Shown here one piece after another: positions 1-12,960 of a DNA stretch of 64,000 bases. Position numbers and translations under genes: made by a program. Position 1 is the stretch's first letter, and every line of letters starts with the position of its first letter. A model generated the notes under the pieces. It saw only the letters and a list, made by a program, of their open reading frames with translations. It did no database searches and was not told the DNA's origin. The DNA comes from Lytechinus pictus (taxonomy: Eukaryota), in the NCBI RefSeq assembly GCF_037042905.1, contig NC_087245.1:43402001-43466000 (forward strand), read 5' to 3'.

Positions 1-502
1 AGGTTTACCGTGATTAGAGCCATCGACGATTGACAGTGCATCGATAAAACTTGATGAGCGTCACGATACGAACAAGCTTAATATTGGAAAGTGCCATCAA
101 ACATGCAGTTAAAAAGAAAAAAAAAAATTAAATTAGTTACCAAACACAGATTTACTACCAACATCTGCTCAGATTTGATATGAAAAAAGCAAACAAAAAC
201 TTAAAATTTATGCATGATATGATATATCATTGTTATATTGTTATTAATTATTATTTTGACATTATTATATCATTATTAATAAAGAATATCTTCACCCCTC
301 TAGCGTGCGTCCGGAATCATGATTTAAGTTGTCACGCACAAAAATAATTGTTTTTCGTGGAGGGGTATGCGGCAAGTGCGATGCAAAGAAAACAGTTGGT
401 AAATATCAAATAATTTTCCAATATTCATAAATGTCATAATATTTAGAATAACAAACTTCTTGAATGTATTTCCTCTAATCGTCTGAAATCGTTTGAAATA
501 CA

Positions 503-1360
503 CCCGTGGGGACCGGTCAAATATATTGCTGTACACACGCGTGACCAAGGAATTTCCAAACACCCCCAAACAAGATTTTCTCTGTGTGCAAAATAACCCC
601 CTAAACAAGTTTTTCGCGGGCCTTATTTACACATTTTGACCCCTAAACAAGTTGTCGCCAAAATATGACCTCGGGGAAAAAGCTTGGGGGAAAAAAACAT
701 ACCCTAAACACGTTTGGCTAGTCTTAAAAAAAAAGCTTTGGGGAAAAAACATACCCTAAATACGTTGGACCCCGCGATTGACCATTGACCAGTCTTTCAA
801 AACCACCCTTTTTCTTGAAAATCTGTGTTTTTTGATACCCTTAACGAGTCCACGTGCGTAATAATATAATAATAATAATTAACATTTATATAGCGCTTAA
901 TACAACAGTTTCTAAGCGCATTGGAAAGAGAAAAAAGAGGTAGCAAAATACAGTGAAAGAGAACAGGATATGGAATTAAGAGGACTGCTTAATGAGGTAA
1001 GATTTGAGGAGTGTTTTGAAAGATTCGACAGTGGATGCATTACGGATGGAGATGGGGAGATTGTTCCAGAGTTTAGGGGCAAGAGCAGAAAAAGCACGAT
1101 CGCCATAACGGGTAAAAGTGCGGGGTCCTAGAGATAGTCGAAGGTGAGCAGTAGAAGAAGATCGGAGACGTTGAGTTGCAGAGGATGAGTGACAGAGAGA
1201 GATAAGATTTTGAAGGTAGGATGGGGCGAGACCATGGATGATTTTATAGACAAGGAGAAGGAGCTTGAAAATAATTCTATTATGAACCTGAAGCCAATGG
1301 AGGGAGTAGAGAATAGTCCAAAACTGAAACGCGTTTTTTTGGTCACGCGTGTGTTACAGG
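503..1360. mobile_element. Degenerate non-autonomous DNA element hosting the L2 fragment
   Basis: Inverted gtacacacgcgtgacca (~531) and tggtcacgcgtgtgttac (~1340). Repeated ccctaaaca motifs are shared with the 47534-48093 element. Confidence 0.5.
860..1318 (-). mobile_element. L2/CR1-group LINE 3' fragment
   Basis: Minus strand reads SLHWLQVHNRIIFKLLLLVYKIIHGLAPSYL...YGDRAFSALAPKLWNNLP...FKTLLKSYL, followed by a gcgctatataaat motif and an (ATT)n tail. Confidence 0.85.
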
Positions 1361-1436
1361 GGAAATTACAGGGGATTGGGAACTGAACTAGCCTTGCTAG
1401 GTCTAACCATCAACCTTTTTGGTCATATTTTCACAG

Positions 1437-4400
1437 AACCCTTTAGCCCAATATGCTAGGGCGTATGGGCCTCCTCCTACTGGTGCTCCAGGACAAGGAT
1501 ACCAGGGGCAGGCTCCACCTCCTGGAGGCCAGGGCTATCCAGGACAGCCACAGCAAGGTTTCCCACAGCAAGCTCCTCCCCAAGGCTACCAACCCCAGGC
1601 TCCGCCTACAGCTCCGGGCCAGGCACCACCCCAGGGATACAACCCAGGGCCGTATGGACAACAACCAGGTTAGTAGGCATAAGTTGGTTTAAAAATGAGG
1701 AAATCCTATTCAATTTAGTTGAATTAACATTTATTTTCTTCTGATTAACATTTCATCTATTTGGATACAGAATGTACAAATCAATAATATGAATAAACAA
1801 TGGATGTAAAGTAAAATGCAATATGTAAATTTTGTATATGGAAGAAGGCGTAAAATACCCAAAATAAATGCTACATGTATGTAACAAAATCATGGCTTCA
1901 CATATCCACACTTGCAGTACACTAAAAGTGTCCATTTCCAATAGAACATGTAGAAACATAATAATATAAAGTACATGTATGTCTGTTGAAAACTCAATCC
2001 GGCAATAATTTTTTTTTCCCATAATATTAGATAGGGTTGATAAATAGATCCTTAAATGGGGTCCTTTGGGAAAATAATGAAATATGTGATTGTTACCGTA
2101 CTTCAATGTTCAGTGATTGTACCAAACCAACTGAACTATTATTACTTGGAATATAGCTACACAAAATAGTTTTTAATCAAGGGGCCTCATTTGCCTCACT
2201 TCGATGGGGCAAGTAAGGCCTCCCCCCCCCCCCTGACAACAATATTTAATGCTTATTAATATGCAAACATGAGATTGATTAGATCTCATACATGTATTTC
2301 TATTGGACAATGCAGGTCTACTGTAGACCTTGTATTAGACATCTAATCATGTTTCTACTGCTATGCATTAAAAAGATATGATTGGAAATATGAAAAAGGT
2401 GGCCTTATCTACCCCCACTCTCCCCTATAAATAAAGATATTTGTGTATTTTCATTCATCACTGTATAATTTACATGTTCATTAATTTTATCTGATTCGAA
2501 TGATACATTTTATTCATGCAATCTCATCAGTATAGTTCATCATGCTTTTATACATGTACATGTATATACATGTTTTTAATAGTATAAGTATACAGTACAC
2601 ATATTTAAGTATTGTGATTTTAACACACCATTTCATTTTTAAAGGAAATTGAATTTTGTTATTTTAAATTACTTCATACTTTATTTCCATCTCTGAGTAT
2701 GGAAATGAGCTTTGGCAAACCTATATGGATATTGACTCAGGATATGAGTCCCCATATGAGTAAGTTATTACGTGCCCTCTTTCAGCATAATTGCTGCCAG
2801 CAAAAGCATTATGTCTGAGTATATTTGATCAAAGTTAATGATTGACATGGACTGCTTGTCAATGATGCAGAGATATTTTTAGAATATGGTATTGACAGTT
2901 TTATGACTTGAACGGAACATTTCCGATGTTCTGATTCAGTGGGCTGTAAAAAGGGTGAACCTTTTTTGCTCACTAGAAATTTTGCCCCATATGCCACCCC
3001 TGACCCCCTCAATTTTTTGTTCATTGTGCAAGTGGTTTTGATTATAGTTGCACAGAAAAGTGCTGCATGCATGGACCTAGGGCAGTATGCAGAGTATTCA
3101 ATGAAATGAAATTCCTAGTTTTATTTTGATTTTGTTTTTTCTCAGAAATAAGTGAAATAGTCGACGTTATATTACACATCTTTACAAGCCAAACTTTTGA
3201 ACAGCAAGAAAGATGTCAATGACTTCTGCATTTAACATGTTATTCTGATAAGAAGATTATCAATTCACAACTAATGCATTCATAGATTATTAAAATTCTT
3301 GTAGGCCTACATAATGTAGCTCGGTCAGTAGGGCGGGGGTTTCGGATCCCGGTGACTTGAGTTCTATTCCCACTTGATGCACTAGTACCCTTTGGTAAGG
3401 CACTTAATTCCTCATTACCAGGTCCCTCTGAGAGGACCTTAAGCCATCAGTACTTTGGGTGCTTGCTTACAAGCTTTCTTAGCAATCACCACCACCAAAT
3501 ATGTTTTATGCAGGTTACGGGGCAGCTGGTGCACCACCAGCACCTGGCCAGCCACAGGGCATGCCCCCTGGAATGAGCCCAGACATCTACTCTTGGTTTG
3601 TGGCCGTAGACCAGGACAACACTGGCAAGATTGATTCCAAGGAACTCCAGCAGGCCCTCACCAACTCTAACTGGTCAAAGTTTGATGAGGCCACCTGCAA
3701 GTACATGATTGGTGAGTACTCTTTTGTAAATTTCAATTTTAAGGTGAAATAATCTCATTTTGTGTGAAGTTTTCTAGTCTAGTACTTTGCTTATGACACT
3801 ACACTCATAGTATTAGTGATAGTGTCATAAGCAACTGAATCAGCAGATTTGACATTGAATGCAGTTACTGCATCATACAATGAATGTACAGAACGTACAG
3901 ATTATTTTTCTGTGATTTCATAAGAGATTTGGAAGTCCTTGATTGTGGTTCAAATTTATTATTCCTTTTCACTGCCATGAATAGACACACTATTGAAGCT
4001 AATGAAGTTGTTTTTTGGCAAGAATCCATCTGTGAAATTCAAGAAAATTAACATGAAAATATACATGGATGTTTATGTCTTTTATTATACTTTTCTGATG
4101 TAATAATTTCCTTTCCTTCCCTCACTTCACTTATCCTTATAATGTTCACTCTCTAGTTTTTATTTCACTTTGTATTCAACAGGAATGTTTGATAAAGATA
4201 AGAGTGGCACAATAGATGCCAGCGAGTTCTCCCAATTGTGGAATTATATTCAGCAATGGAAGCAGGTCTTTGATGGCTTTGACAGAGACAGGTCTGGGGG
4301 CATTGATGCTAGTGAACTCAACACAGGTATGCAGGCTGTTCAATCAAACCATCTGTGGTGGGTGTTTAACAAAGGCGTTCGTAAATTATGAGCAATTTTA

Positions 4401-7089
4401 CAAACAACTGGTGATCCTTTCTTGTGGTAAACCAAATTCTCCTGGGTGTTGATTAAGCTTCTAAGAAAGGATTACCAGTTATTCGTAAAGTCACTCATAA
4501 CTTTCGAACAGCTTATGAAGCACCTCCCTGCTAAACTCTCCTAATATGCTATACACTATAGCAACATTCCTGTCATAATTAGAGAAAATGGGATTTCTAT
4601 ACCCTTGTTTTCTCATCTCAAATTAAATGTACATATATATATTCAAATGTTATATATAAAGATGAATTGTGTTATTACATAGCAAATGCACGACAGCTTG
4701 ATTATTTCAAACAATTCTGGAATATTTCTTCCTATTTGTGGCTGTCCGAATTTACTGCATTATATGTTATACAGGGTCCCATTTCATTTTAATTACCATT
4801 GAATGGAAACGCTACAATGATGTCATCAATTGCAATTACCTCAACAGCCAATCAAAATCAAGGCTACAATAATGGCTACTTGGCTACTGTGAATTATGAA
4901 CTTACAATAACAAGATTCTTGCTACAGAACCATGGATTTGAGTAATCGCTGTCACAGACCTTGTTTATAAAAAAAGTTGCCATCCAACTCAGCTGATTTT
5001 CAAACAAAATTTTAAGGAGGTACACACTTTGGGCTAGTGTTTGATGTTTTATTGCATTGAAAATTTGAAACACAGTTTAATCTGTTGAAAGTCAGTGACA
5101 AAAGGATTATCCTCCAGATCCCTAAAAGGATCTCTAAAACTGACTCCAGTCAGTTTAATTGGCAATTTTCTGTCATTGACCTGGAAGGACTGTGCAACAC
5201 TCAATGGTAAATTTTGATATATTTTGAGGTAGGTTATGTAATCGGTGTGGAGTGAACTGCTAATGAACTTTAAATGTCATGGCAATAATTTCCAGTACAA
5301 TTCTGGACCATGACGCAGAACCGTCATTGGAGAAGGCAAACCCCGATTACGAACCATGGAAAACCTCAATCACCCCGGGCCAGTTATTTAAGTATCTAAA
5401 CATGTGTTTTTTGACCTCGATGGGTAAAAAAAAAACTAAACTGCAATTATATACGCATTGCGCCGATTCAAGCAAACTCGCTCGCCATCGCATGCAGTCA
5501 TTTTTATTTCTCTTTAATAGTTTCCTTATTTTGGGGCTGATTTTCTTCATTCGAAACTGAAAACAGAATAACATTGGATTTCAAAATACAATATGCCTTT
5601 GAAAACTTGATTAAATATTGAATAAAATAATTTAATTCCGAAAGGCCTACTACAGGTAGAGCTGCTCTTATGTAATATCAGCTGTTGTTTATGGTCTACC
5701 CTCAGCTTGCCTGATAAGAGGGATTATCAGCGATACAGCGCCACGGTGATAGCGCTTGGAAATGAAATATCATGGATCCTCTCTCTTTTTGTCTCTCTCC
5801 CTATCTCCTTTTACGTTTCTGTGTTTCCTCTTACTTTTCCTTATTTACGTTTATATTTGTTTCTTTAATTCTTTCTTTCTTTTTTTTATTGCATACACAG
5901 CGTGATGATTCAATCAAACTCTGCGGCCCACCAGCGCATGCAATCATTTTCATTCTCTTTAACAGTTCCTTTTTTTTCTGGGCCGATTTTCTTCGTTCGA
6001 AATTGAAAACACATTAACATTGAATTTCAAAGTACAATATGCCTTTGAAAACTTGATTAAATATCAAATACAATAATTGAATTCGAAAATGCGTACTACA
6101 GGCAGAGCTGTTGTTAATGGTCTAACCCTCGGGCTTGCGCCTGCGAAGGAGAAATGTTACATAAGAGGGATTATCGTGCGATTCAGGGTTGATAGGGCTT
6201 GGAAATGAAATATCTTGGTTCCTCCAACGAGGATTTTGTTATCGGGGTATAGGACCTTAGCAAGACCATTAGCTGGTGCGGCGAACTCAGCAACGAGGGT
6301 TTGACGTAATGATAGTGGTATTGAAATACTATGTTGTATTATAATGATTGGATGATACTACCTGGATATTTTGTTATTCACAAATAGAATAATCAATAAC
6401 AGGATGTCACTATTAAAGACCCATCTAATTGATGGGTTGGAGCAAGTAAATAATGATTAAAGCTGCATGTAAGTTGTGAAAGGAAGACGATTCCCTTAAT
6501 GAATGCAGGATAATGTATTGTTCCATTTTCACACTGGATCAATGAAAGAATTAATGGAAGGCAGGTGATTGTATAGACTGTCTGGTATAAACAGTAACTA
6601 CATGTACAAGGTTACCTCAGCCCATCTACAGTTATTCAATCAACATTGTCCAGCTTCATTCTCTTCTCTTTCAAGCCTTGATGACCAAATACTTCTCAGT
6701 GGATTAGTATTGTTGTATCTTTTTTAGATGCAAACACTCATTAGCAGGCATTGTAATTGTTTACACAATATTCACAAGGTAGTTGGAAAAATGAAGTGAA
6801 ATCTCTTAAGTTCTTTGACATCATATAATACTTTCCCCTTGTATTCTATCTTCCAAATGCAGCCCTTAATCAGATGGGCTACCGTCTATCACCGGCATTC
6901 AGCCAGATGGTGGTCAACAAATACGACACTGTCCACCATAAGCAGATCGGACTGGACACTTACATCAAGATGTGTGCTGTTCTAAACAGCTTGACCGCTG
7001 CTTTCAGGCAGAGGGATACTCAGATGACCGGAAGTATTAATATCAATTATGAAGATTTCTTAATGGTAGTGTTATCCTCTCAACCATGA
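1437..7089 (+). CDS. PEF1: Peflin (penta-EF-hand protein with Gly/Pro/Gln/Tyr-rich N-terminus); 5'-partial
   Basis: Phase-consistent GT-AG exons 1437-1668, 3514-3711, 4183-4326, 6863-7089 give NPLAQYARAYGPPPTGAPGQGY...WFVAVDQDNTGKIDSKELQQALTNSNWSKFDEATCKYMIGMFDKDKSGTIDASEFSQLWNYIQQWKQVFDGFDRDRSGGIDASELNTALNQMGYRLSPAF...AFRQRDTQMTGSININYEDFLMVVLSSQP*. The EF-hand loops, NWSxF motif and long GPYQ-rich arm fit peflin better than ALG-2/PDCD6. Start exon not found. Confidence 0.9.
3317..3480 (+). mobile_element. tRNA-derived SINE (degenerate)
   Basis: A-box-like gtagctcggtcagtag and B-box-like gagttctattccc, followed by the body ccctttggtaaggcactt. The head is related to 60050-60112. Confidence 0.6.
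5275..6330. repeat. Repeat with an internal ~300-bp diverged direct duplication (5460-5780 vs 5925-6220) and weak inverted ends
   Basis: Two copies of gattttctt(c)attcgaaa.tgaaaaca...tacaatatgcctttgaaaacttgattaaatat...gcttggaaatgaaatatc. Confidence 0.55.
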
Positions 7090-8491
7090 TGAAACTTAAA
7101 AAGAAATTAAAAAATTTTACAATCTAGATAAAAAAAAAATCAGGGAGAAATCATGATTGTCATTTTAATTAGTAATGCAATGATATCCAAAAGAAAAGCA
7201 ACTGATGATATTCAGAATTGAAATGCCTTATCTGGAAACTTGTAGCCTGATTGAATTTAAGACAAAAAAATGAGATAAGCAATTTGAAAAAAGATAAGGA
7301 AAATGAATTCAGATAAATAAACTTGAATGTATCATTCCATTTGAACTTTCAGACCTAAAAGTTAAGGACAGGAAGTAGTTTAAACCTGCATATTTTTGAA
7401 AGATTGTAAACTTATGTTGGACACACATGTAAGTTGACAAGTGGTCAGTCAGTCAGTTGCAAAACTTGCAGAATGAAATATGTGTATGTGTATTTTTATT
7501 CAAATGCTTACAAGACTTGGCATGCAGGTCAGTTACAATGTAGTTCTGAATTTAAGATGCACACCTCACATTTTTTTAATGTGTTGGTTTAATACTTCAT
7601 TGCTATGGTAACATTACATCTATGCGATTAAATCAGAGAAAAATGCAGTTTCCATCTTTCAAGTAGGCCATAGAGATATTGATTACTTGTTTTTAGTGAC
7701 ATTTCTAGCCTGATATATTTTTATCAGTCATCTTTTGTTATATATTTGAGTGAAATCAAGTCTTGCCAATGAGAATTCTGTTTGATTTCAGCATGATGAA
7801 AATTCCAAATCCAAGTTGATCACCGACATTTTACTTTATAGATATATTATATATCCATTGATTTTTTTATTTATTTTTTTAAGCAGAATACTATCTAAAA
7901 GAATAAGTACATGTATATAAAGATAATGCTCATCATCCCACACTTTTTGTTGAACTAATGTTCTTTTTAAGAACACATTCCAATAACAGCAGCCCCCCCC
8001 CAAAAAAAAATATCACGGTTACTTCTGACAACCTACTGCCTAAATATGTAAAGTTTGATAATCTTTAAAATGGCAGTGAATTAGGATTTTCTGTGGCTTT
8101 TTTTATGGTATATTGTGAAGTTCTCTATCATTATGATGCGCCATCCATTTATTGGAGTCAAATTTTACCAAAATAATACAAGGCCTATTCATGCGTGATA
8201 CTACTACCCTGGTCATCTCAGAGCCACCCAATAAGGGCATTCAAGAAATGCTTTACGCAACCTACTGCCTGAATCTGCAACATTTGATAAGCTTTAACAT
8301 AGCAATTAATGCAGATTTTCTAGGACTCTTAGCACTTTTAGCAAAATCGCCCCAGGTCCCTGTATAATTTTTTCCCCAATGTGGAAAACTTTCTTGCTGA
8401 TGGAAATGCTTGAAATCAGTATCAAACCACAATCCTCAGATTAAAAGGTGAGAGACAGAACCACTACACCATTAATCATAACTTTAATTCA

Positions 8492-8915
8492 ACCCTACAG
8501 ACCGGGCTTTTCAGAAATACTAAGATTTTTGTTTATATGAATTAATTATGCTAATTTATGTGTAAATCATAATTTGCTAACAATTAGTACAAATGAAACG
8601 AATTCTGGTTTGAAAATGAATTTATGTATTTTTTTTGTATTTTGTGTTTTAACCTTTTTTTTGCCATATATAGCAGAACCTTTTTGAAGCATAATTATGC
8701 TAAAATAAACTAATTTCATCGGATGAAAGTAAAAATAATCATATCTTTACAAGTTGAGAAAATTCAATTTACATTGACTTTGTACACAAAATCATGTTTT
8801 AGAGCAATTTGGGGTCTTCAAGACCCAAAGAATTCAAAGTAAAAAGTCAGCGAGTGGTGCGGTCGAAAAATTTTGCACAACGAAATGGTCGCGGAAAATG
8901 TCGGCAGTTTTAGGG
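8492..8915. mobile_element. Internally deleted piggyBac-like MITE related to 25002-25737
   Basis: Begins (ttcaa)ccct and ends aggg(ttaa). Shares cattgactttgtacacaaaatca and aaagtaaaaagtcagc blocks with the 25-kb copy. Confidence 0.6.
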
Positions 8916-9560
8916 TTAACAAATACATGTGAAGAAAAACATGCAAATGTGTCTACATGTATTTTGATTATTAAGTCAAAATAGTGCAATAGAACTTAAA
9001 AGTGAAAATAGTTATCTTAATTCCTTTTAACAAAATGTGTGTATTCTTAAGGTTATGTAGTTGTAATGGTGATCATTTAATGAATTTCGAAAAAATGTTT
9101 TTTTTACATTGTATCATATATTTTGTGCATTCTTGCACAATGATGAAATGAATAAAATTAAGAATATAATTCCTACATATATTGACCTCATGTTATTTTT
9201 TCTTGTTTTTTTCTGTGTTGGTTACTTTGTTAAAATGCCACATTTGTTATCAGAAATCTTTTCTATGCAACAATCTAATATGCATAACAAGTGCAGTGAA
9301 AAAAAAATGTCACAACATTGGGTCAAGGCACCTGCTTATGCCCCCCCCCCCCCCCCCCCGGCGAAGCCTCCCAAACCTTTTGAAAATTGCTACTATTTAT
9401 TAAAGCAAATTAAATAAGGCCTGCACATTGAACACACATTGATGAAGATGAATAAAATAATTTTCATTCTTTTTATATCAATGTGGTTTGCATGCAATAC
9501 CTCTAGAGGTGTGATATGCCACAAGTGGCACGCATTGCCAATTGAGACCTGAATAATATA

Positions 9561-10130
9561 CATTGTAACAGTTTGCTGTATGGGCTCCCCTCGTCTCAAA
9601 TTGGGCTTCTTCAGAGAGTACAGAACGCATGTGCACGGCTGATTTGTAGTCAATCTAGATTTTCAAGGATCACCCCTGTCTTAAAAGATCTGCACTGGCT
9701 TCCAGTTCGCCAACGAATATTTTTCAAGATTTTGTTAATCGTATACAAGGCACTAAGTGGCCAAGCCCCCAGTTATATTTCTGAGCTTTTACAAAGAAAA
9801 GTTCACAGACACTCTCACAACCTGCGCAGTTCTCATGATAATTTGCTCCTTCATATCCCCACTCATAATACAAAGATAACTTTGGGAGATCGTGCTTTTG
9901 CCTGTGCAGCCCCAAAATTATGGAATGCTTTGCCGTATGTAATAAGATCCTGTCCATCAGTAGAAACGTTCAAACTTAAACTAAAAACCTAATTGTTCAA
10001 ATAATTCCCTACATTTCTTTACCCCCTTTTCTAATTCTGTTCTCAAGCATTTCACAAGCTCTTAATTGCAGTGCAGTAGAATATATGCACATAGTTTCTG
10101 CGCTATATAAATCAGTATATATTATATTAT
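9561..10130 (+). mobile_element. L2/CR1-group LINE 3' fragment (ORF2 C-terminus)
   Basis: CNSLLYGLP...LQRVQNACARLI...ITPVLKDLHWLPVRQRIFFK...GDRAFACAAPKLWNALP...FKLKLKT, then gcgctatataaat and an AT-rich tail. Confidence 0.9.
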
Positions 10131-12189
10131 ATTGCACATTGCACAAAGAATGATAATATAACAATTTTATAGTTCAGGGTACACAGGAAGATACCTTATT
10201 GTTTATTAACTTTCCTTTAAAAAAACAGTTAAAAGTTGTACATGTATTAAAACAAAATACAGAAGATGATTCCATAATCAGGTATAAAAAAAAGAATTAT
10301 AGACCATGCTTTGGTGCACATACTGTACATCATCCTAACATGGTTAAATTCTGAGCAGTGTTATGGGGGGGGGGGGGATACGATCAAAGAAAAAACAGGC
10401 ACAATATGTGCATGAATGTCTCTTGAGTTGCAAATAATATCAATACATGGAACACGCTAGCCCTGGAAACTTATTTATGAAAAAAAAAATACAGGGACAA
10501 TCGGAGAAGGGGTTGTCACCCGACGGTGGAGAATACATTTTTATTGTAATTTTGATACGAAATATTTGAATATTGAAGTGTCAAATTGGTTGATGGACAT
10601 TTTACAAACATGGTGTTTACATTATATCTTATGCACCCTAAACAAATGAGTTTAAAACGAGGGGAGGTGGGTCGGGTAATGACAGGCATAATTTCCCCAC
10701 AATTTACGAAAATCAGTCTTAACAATGACTGTAACATCCCCTTCCCTCTCGTAATTACTCTAACCCTGTCTGTTCTGGCAATCGATGTAAAACTACCATG
10801 ACTGATATGCCTGTCATACCTTGATGTTTTAGCCAGCGTATGCCAACATACTGTTCACGTCGTTAGCCATTTTCTCCTTTAATCCCAATTCTGGATACCA
10901 AGCATTCCCATTGGGACATCAAGAATTGCATTTTGTTCATGGCACAAAGTATCAAGAATTCAAATTCTTTATATAAGAAATCATTTGTGCTGTTAACAAG
11001 ACAATTCTTAATATCAATAAATGGGATTAAGGAAATGTTTTGTCATAACAAATGTACAGTGAACATAGGCATACATGTATGCTCAATTACATGTTCAGGT
11101 GTGGCAGTCTGTTTACTGATAGTAACTTTAGTGGACACATATACAGGGTACATGACTTTTATATCATAGTATGTGACTAAACTAGAAATCCTTCTTAACT
11201 AGGAGTTAGTCTGCACATAAACAAAAAATACATCAATACGACAATCATTGTCTAAATTTCAAGACTGTTTACAAAACTCCCAAATGATAAGTTTGCTACA
11301 TGATGTTCTTACATCTCAACAATGTAAAATTTCACAATCCATCACAACTATAGTGCATGCATCCAGACTCTGATCATCATCATCATCATCTTGCCTATTA
11401 CAGTTGAATATATCACCATGACACTGCTCTACCTCAAAACCTTATAATCACTTGATCCCAACAGTAGATTAAACACATTCCATACTATCTGTCAATCCCA
11501 TCTCCAGAGAATTCAGCAGTTACAGACAGTTTTTTGTTGTTGTTACAACACACTACTTGTTCATACTCTAGCAAAGTATCTACAGGAGCAAGGACACATC
11601 AAGGCATCTCTTTCATACAATCCATCAGTCTTTTCTTTTCTTTAGAGTACAGCAGTGAGTGGCTCCAAATGCCCATTCACTCTGCAACAGGGTGGCGGTA
11701 TCTGCTGGTACTCGAACACTACTCAGCACCTGTGTAAGTCTTGGTCCATTTCCTACTGCAGCAAGAAGGCAATATCTGCTGGTAACAGAATATAACGCTA
11801 TGTTAGTCTTTTCTTCAGATACTGAAGCGGATGAAACAGCTACAGATAAGTGCTGAAAGGCAGCTCGAGCTAAGGCCGGGGTAATAATAATAATAAGAAG
11901 AATGCGCCTCGGAATAGATTGTTTCTAGATAGATGGCGGTATACAAATGATTATTATTATTATTACTCTAGCCCATTTCTCACTGCAGAGAGAAGACAAT
12001 AAAATTTGCTGCAAATAGAACAATACCCCACAGCTCTCTCAGTCTTTTCGTCAGAGAATGAAGCAGATGAAGCAGCTACAGATAACTCGAGCCCATTCTC
12101 ACTGCAGCAAAAGAAGCCATTTCTTTGATTCTTGAACACATCCATAATAGTTCTTTATACAACCTCTCCATCTTCTCCTCAGCAAATGG

Positions 12190-12960
12190 AGTTGATGAAG
12201 CAACTCCAGACAATTCATGCCATATTAAAATGCATCACTTGTTTCCAAGGGCAGCAAAAGCTCATCATCTGTCCATTCCAGGACACTGTAGTGTAGAGGC
12301 AAGAGTTATAGCGACTAGGCAACTTCCCCAAGGGCACACAGATAGTTAATGTTCAGTCGGTCTCTGTACAATGTTAATGAAAGACGTTTTGACTCCCTGC
12401 AAAATGTTAAATGGAGAAATGGTTATAAGTAATAATCTGATTATTTATGAAGTACTTAAGACATACATTATCTGTATTAAAAGCGCTTACACATTTATTA
12501 TTACCCCGGTCATTGGATTAAACCATTCATTCACGTACACAAAAATATGCAAACATTCCGCTCCCTGGGGAGTATTCCAGCCAGTTGCCAGTGAGGCAAT
12601 ACAGTACTACATAGCTACAATGACACATCCAAGCGGCTACCCCATTAGCATCTTGGTTGAGATTGGTAATGTGTTGATTGATGCCTTGCTGAAGGATGCT
12701 AGTTAGAAACAAATCTATATACCTGCTTCTGTTCATTCCAATGTACTATTTTGAACATCATACCTTGACAGGTATCCCAGACTCTTAACTACCATCTTCC
12801 AAAGTGCAAAATGTACTGGGAGTGCATAATGCACTGAGATTAGGCTACATACTCAAAGAAAGTAGAGGCTTTAAATCAAAACATTCTTCAAATCCTTTGA
12901 ATTTGTAGCAATATGTCAGTGAATATGTAGCTTCTTCTTACTTAAGTGATGACACGATGC
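12190..12960 (-). pseudogene. Decayed exon remnants of a probable second Tudor domain of the TDRD7-like gene
   Basis: Fragments in shifting frames interrupted by stops: CHHLSKKKLHIH*..SKDLKNVL, STFCTLEDGS*ESGIPVKV; after an acceptor at ~12397, GVKTSFINI..., LGKLPSRYNS, LQCPG. The order matches an extended Tudor domain. Confidence 0.4.
12490..12700 (-). mobile_element. SINE body/tail fragment
   Basis: Minus strand has aatgggtagcc core-like motif, ctggctggaatactccccagggag and a taataataaat tail. No head seen. Confidence 0.45.

Noticed and set aside
9573..9992. Host gene (139-aa ORF)
   Set aside because: It is the C-terminal ORF2 remnant of an L2/CR1 LINE.
12348..12397. Direct in-frame continuation of Tudor 1
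   Set aside because: The real continuation is 15577-15672 then 13182-13294; this segment reaches a stop after 16 codons.
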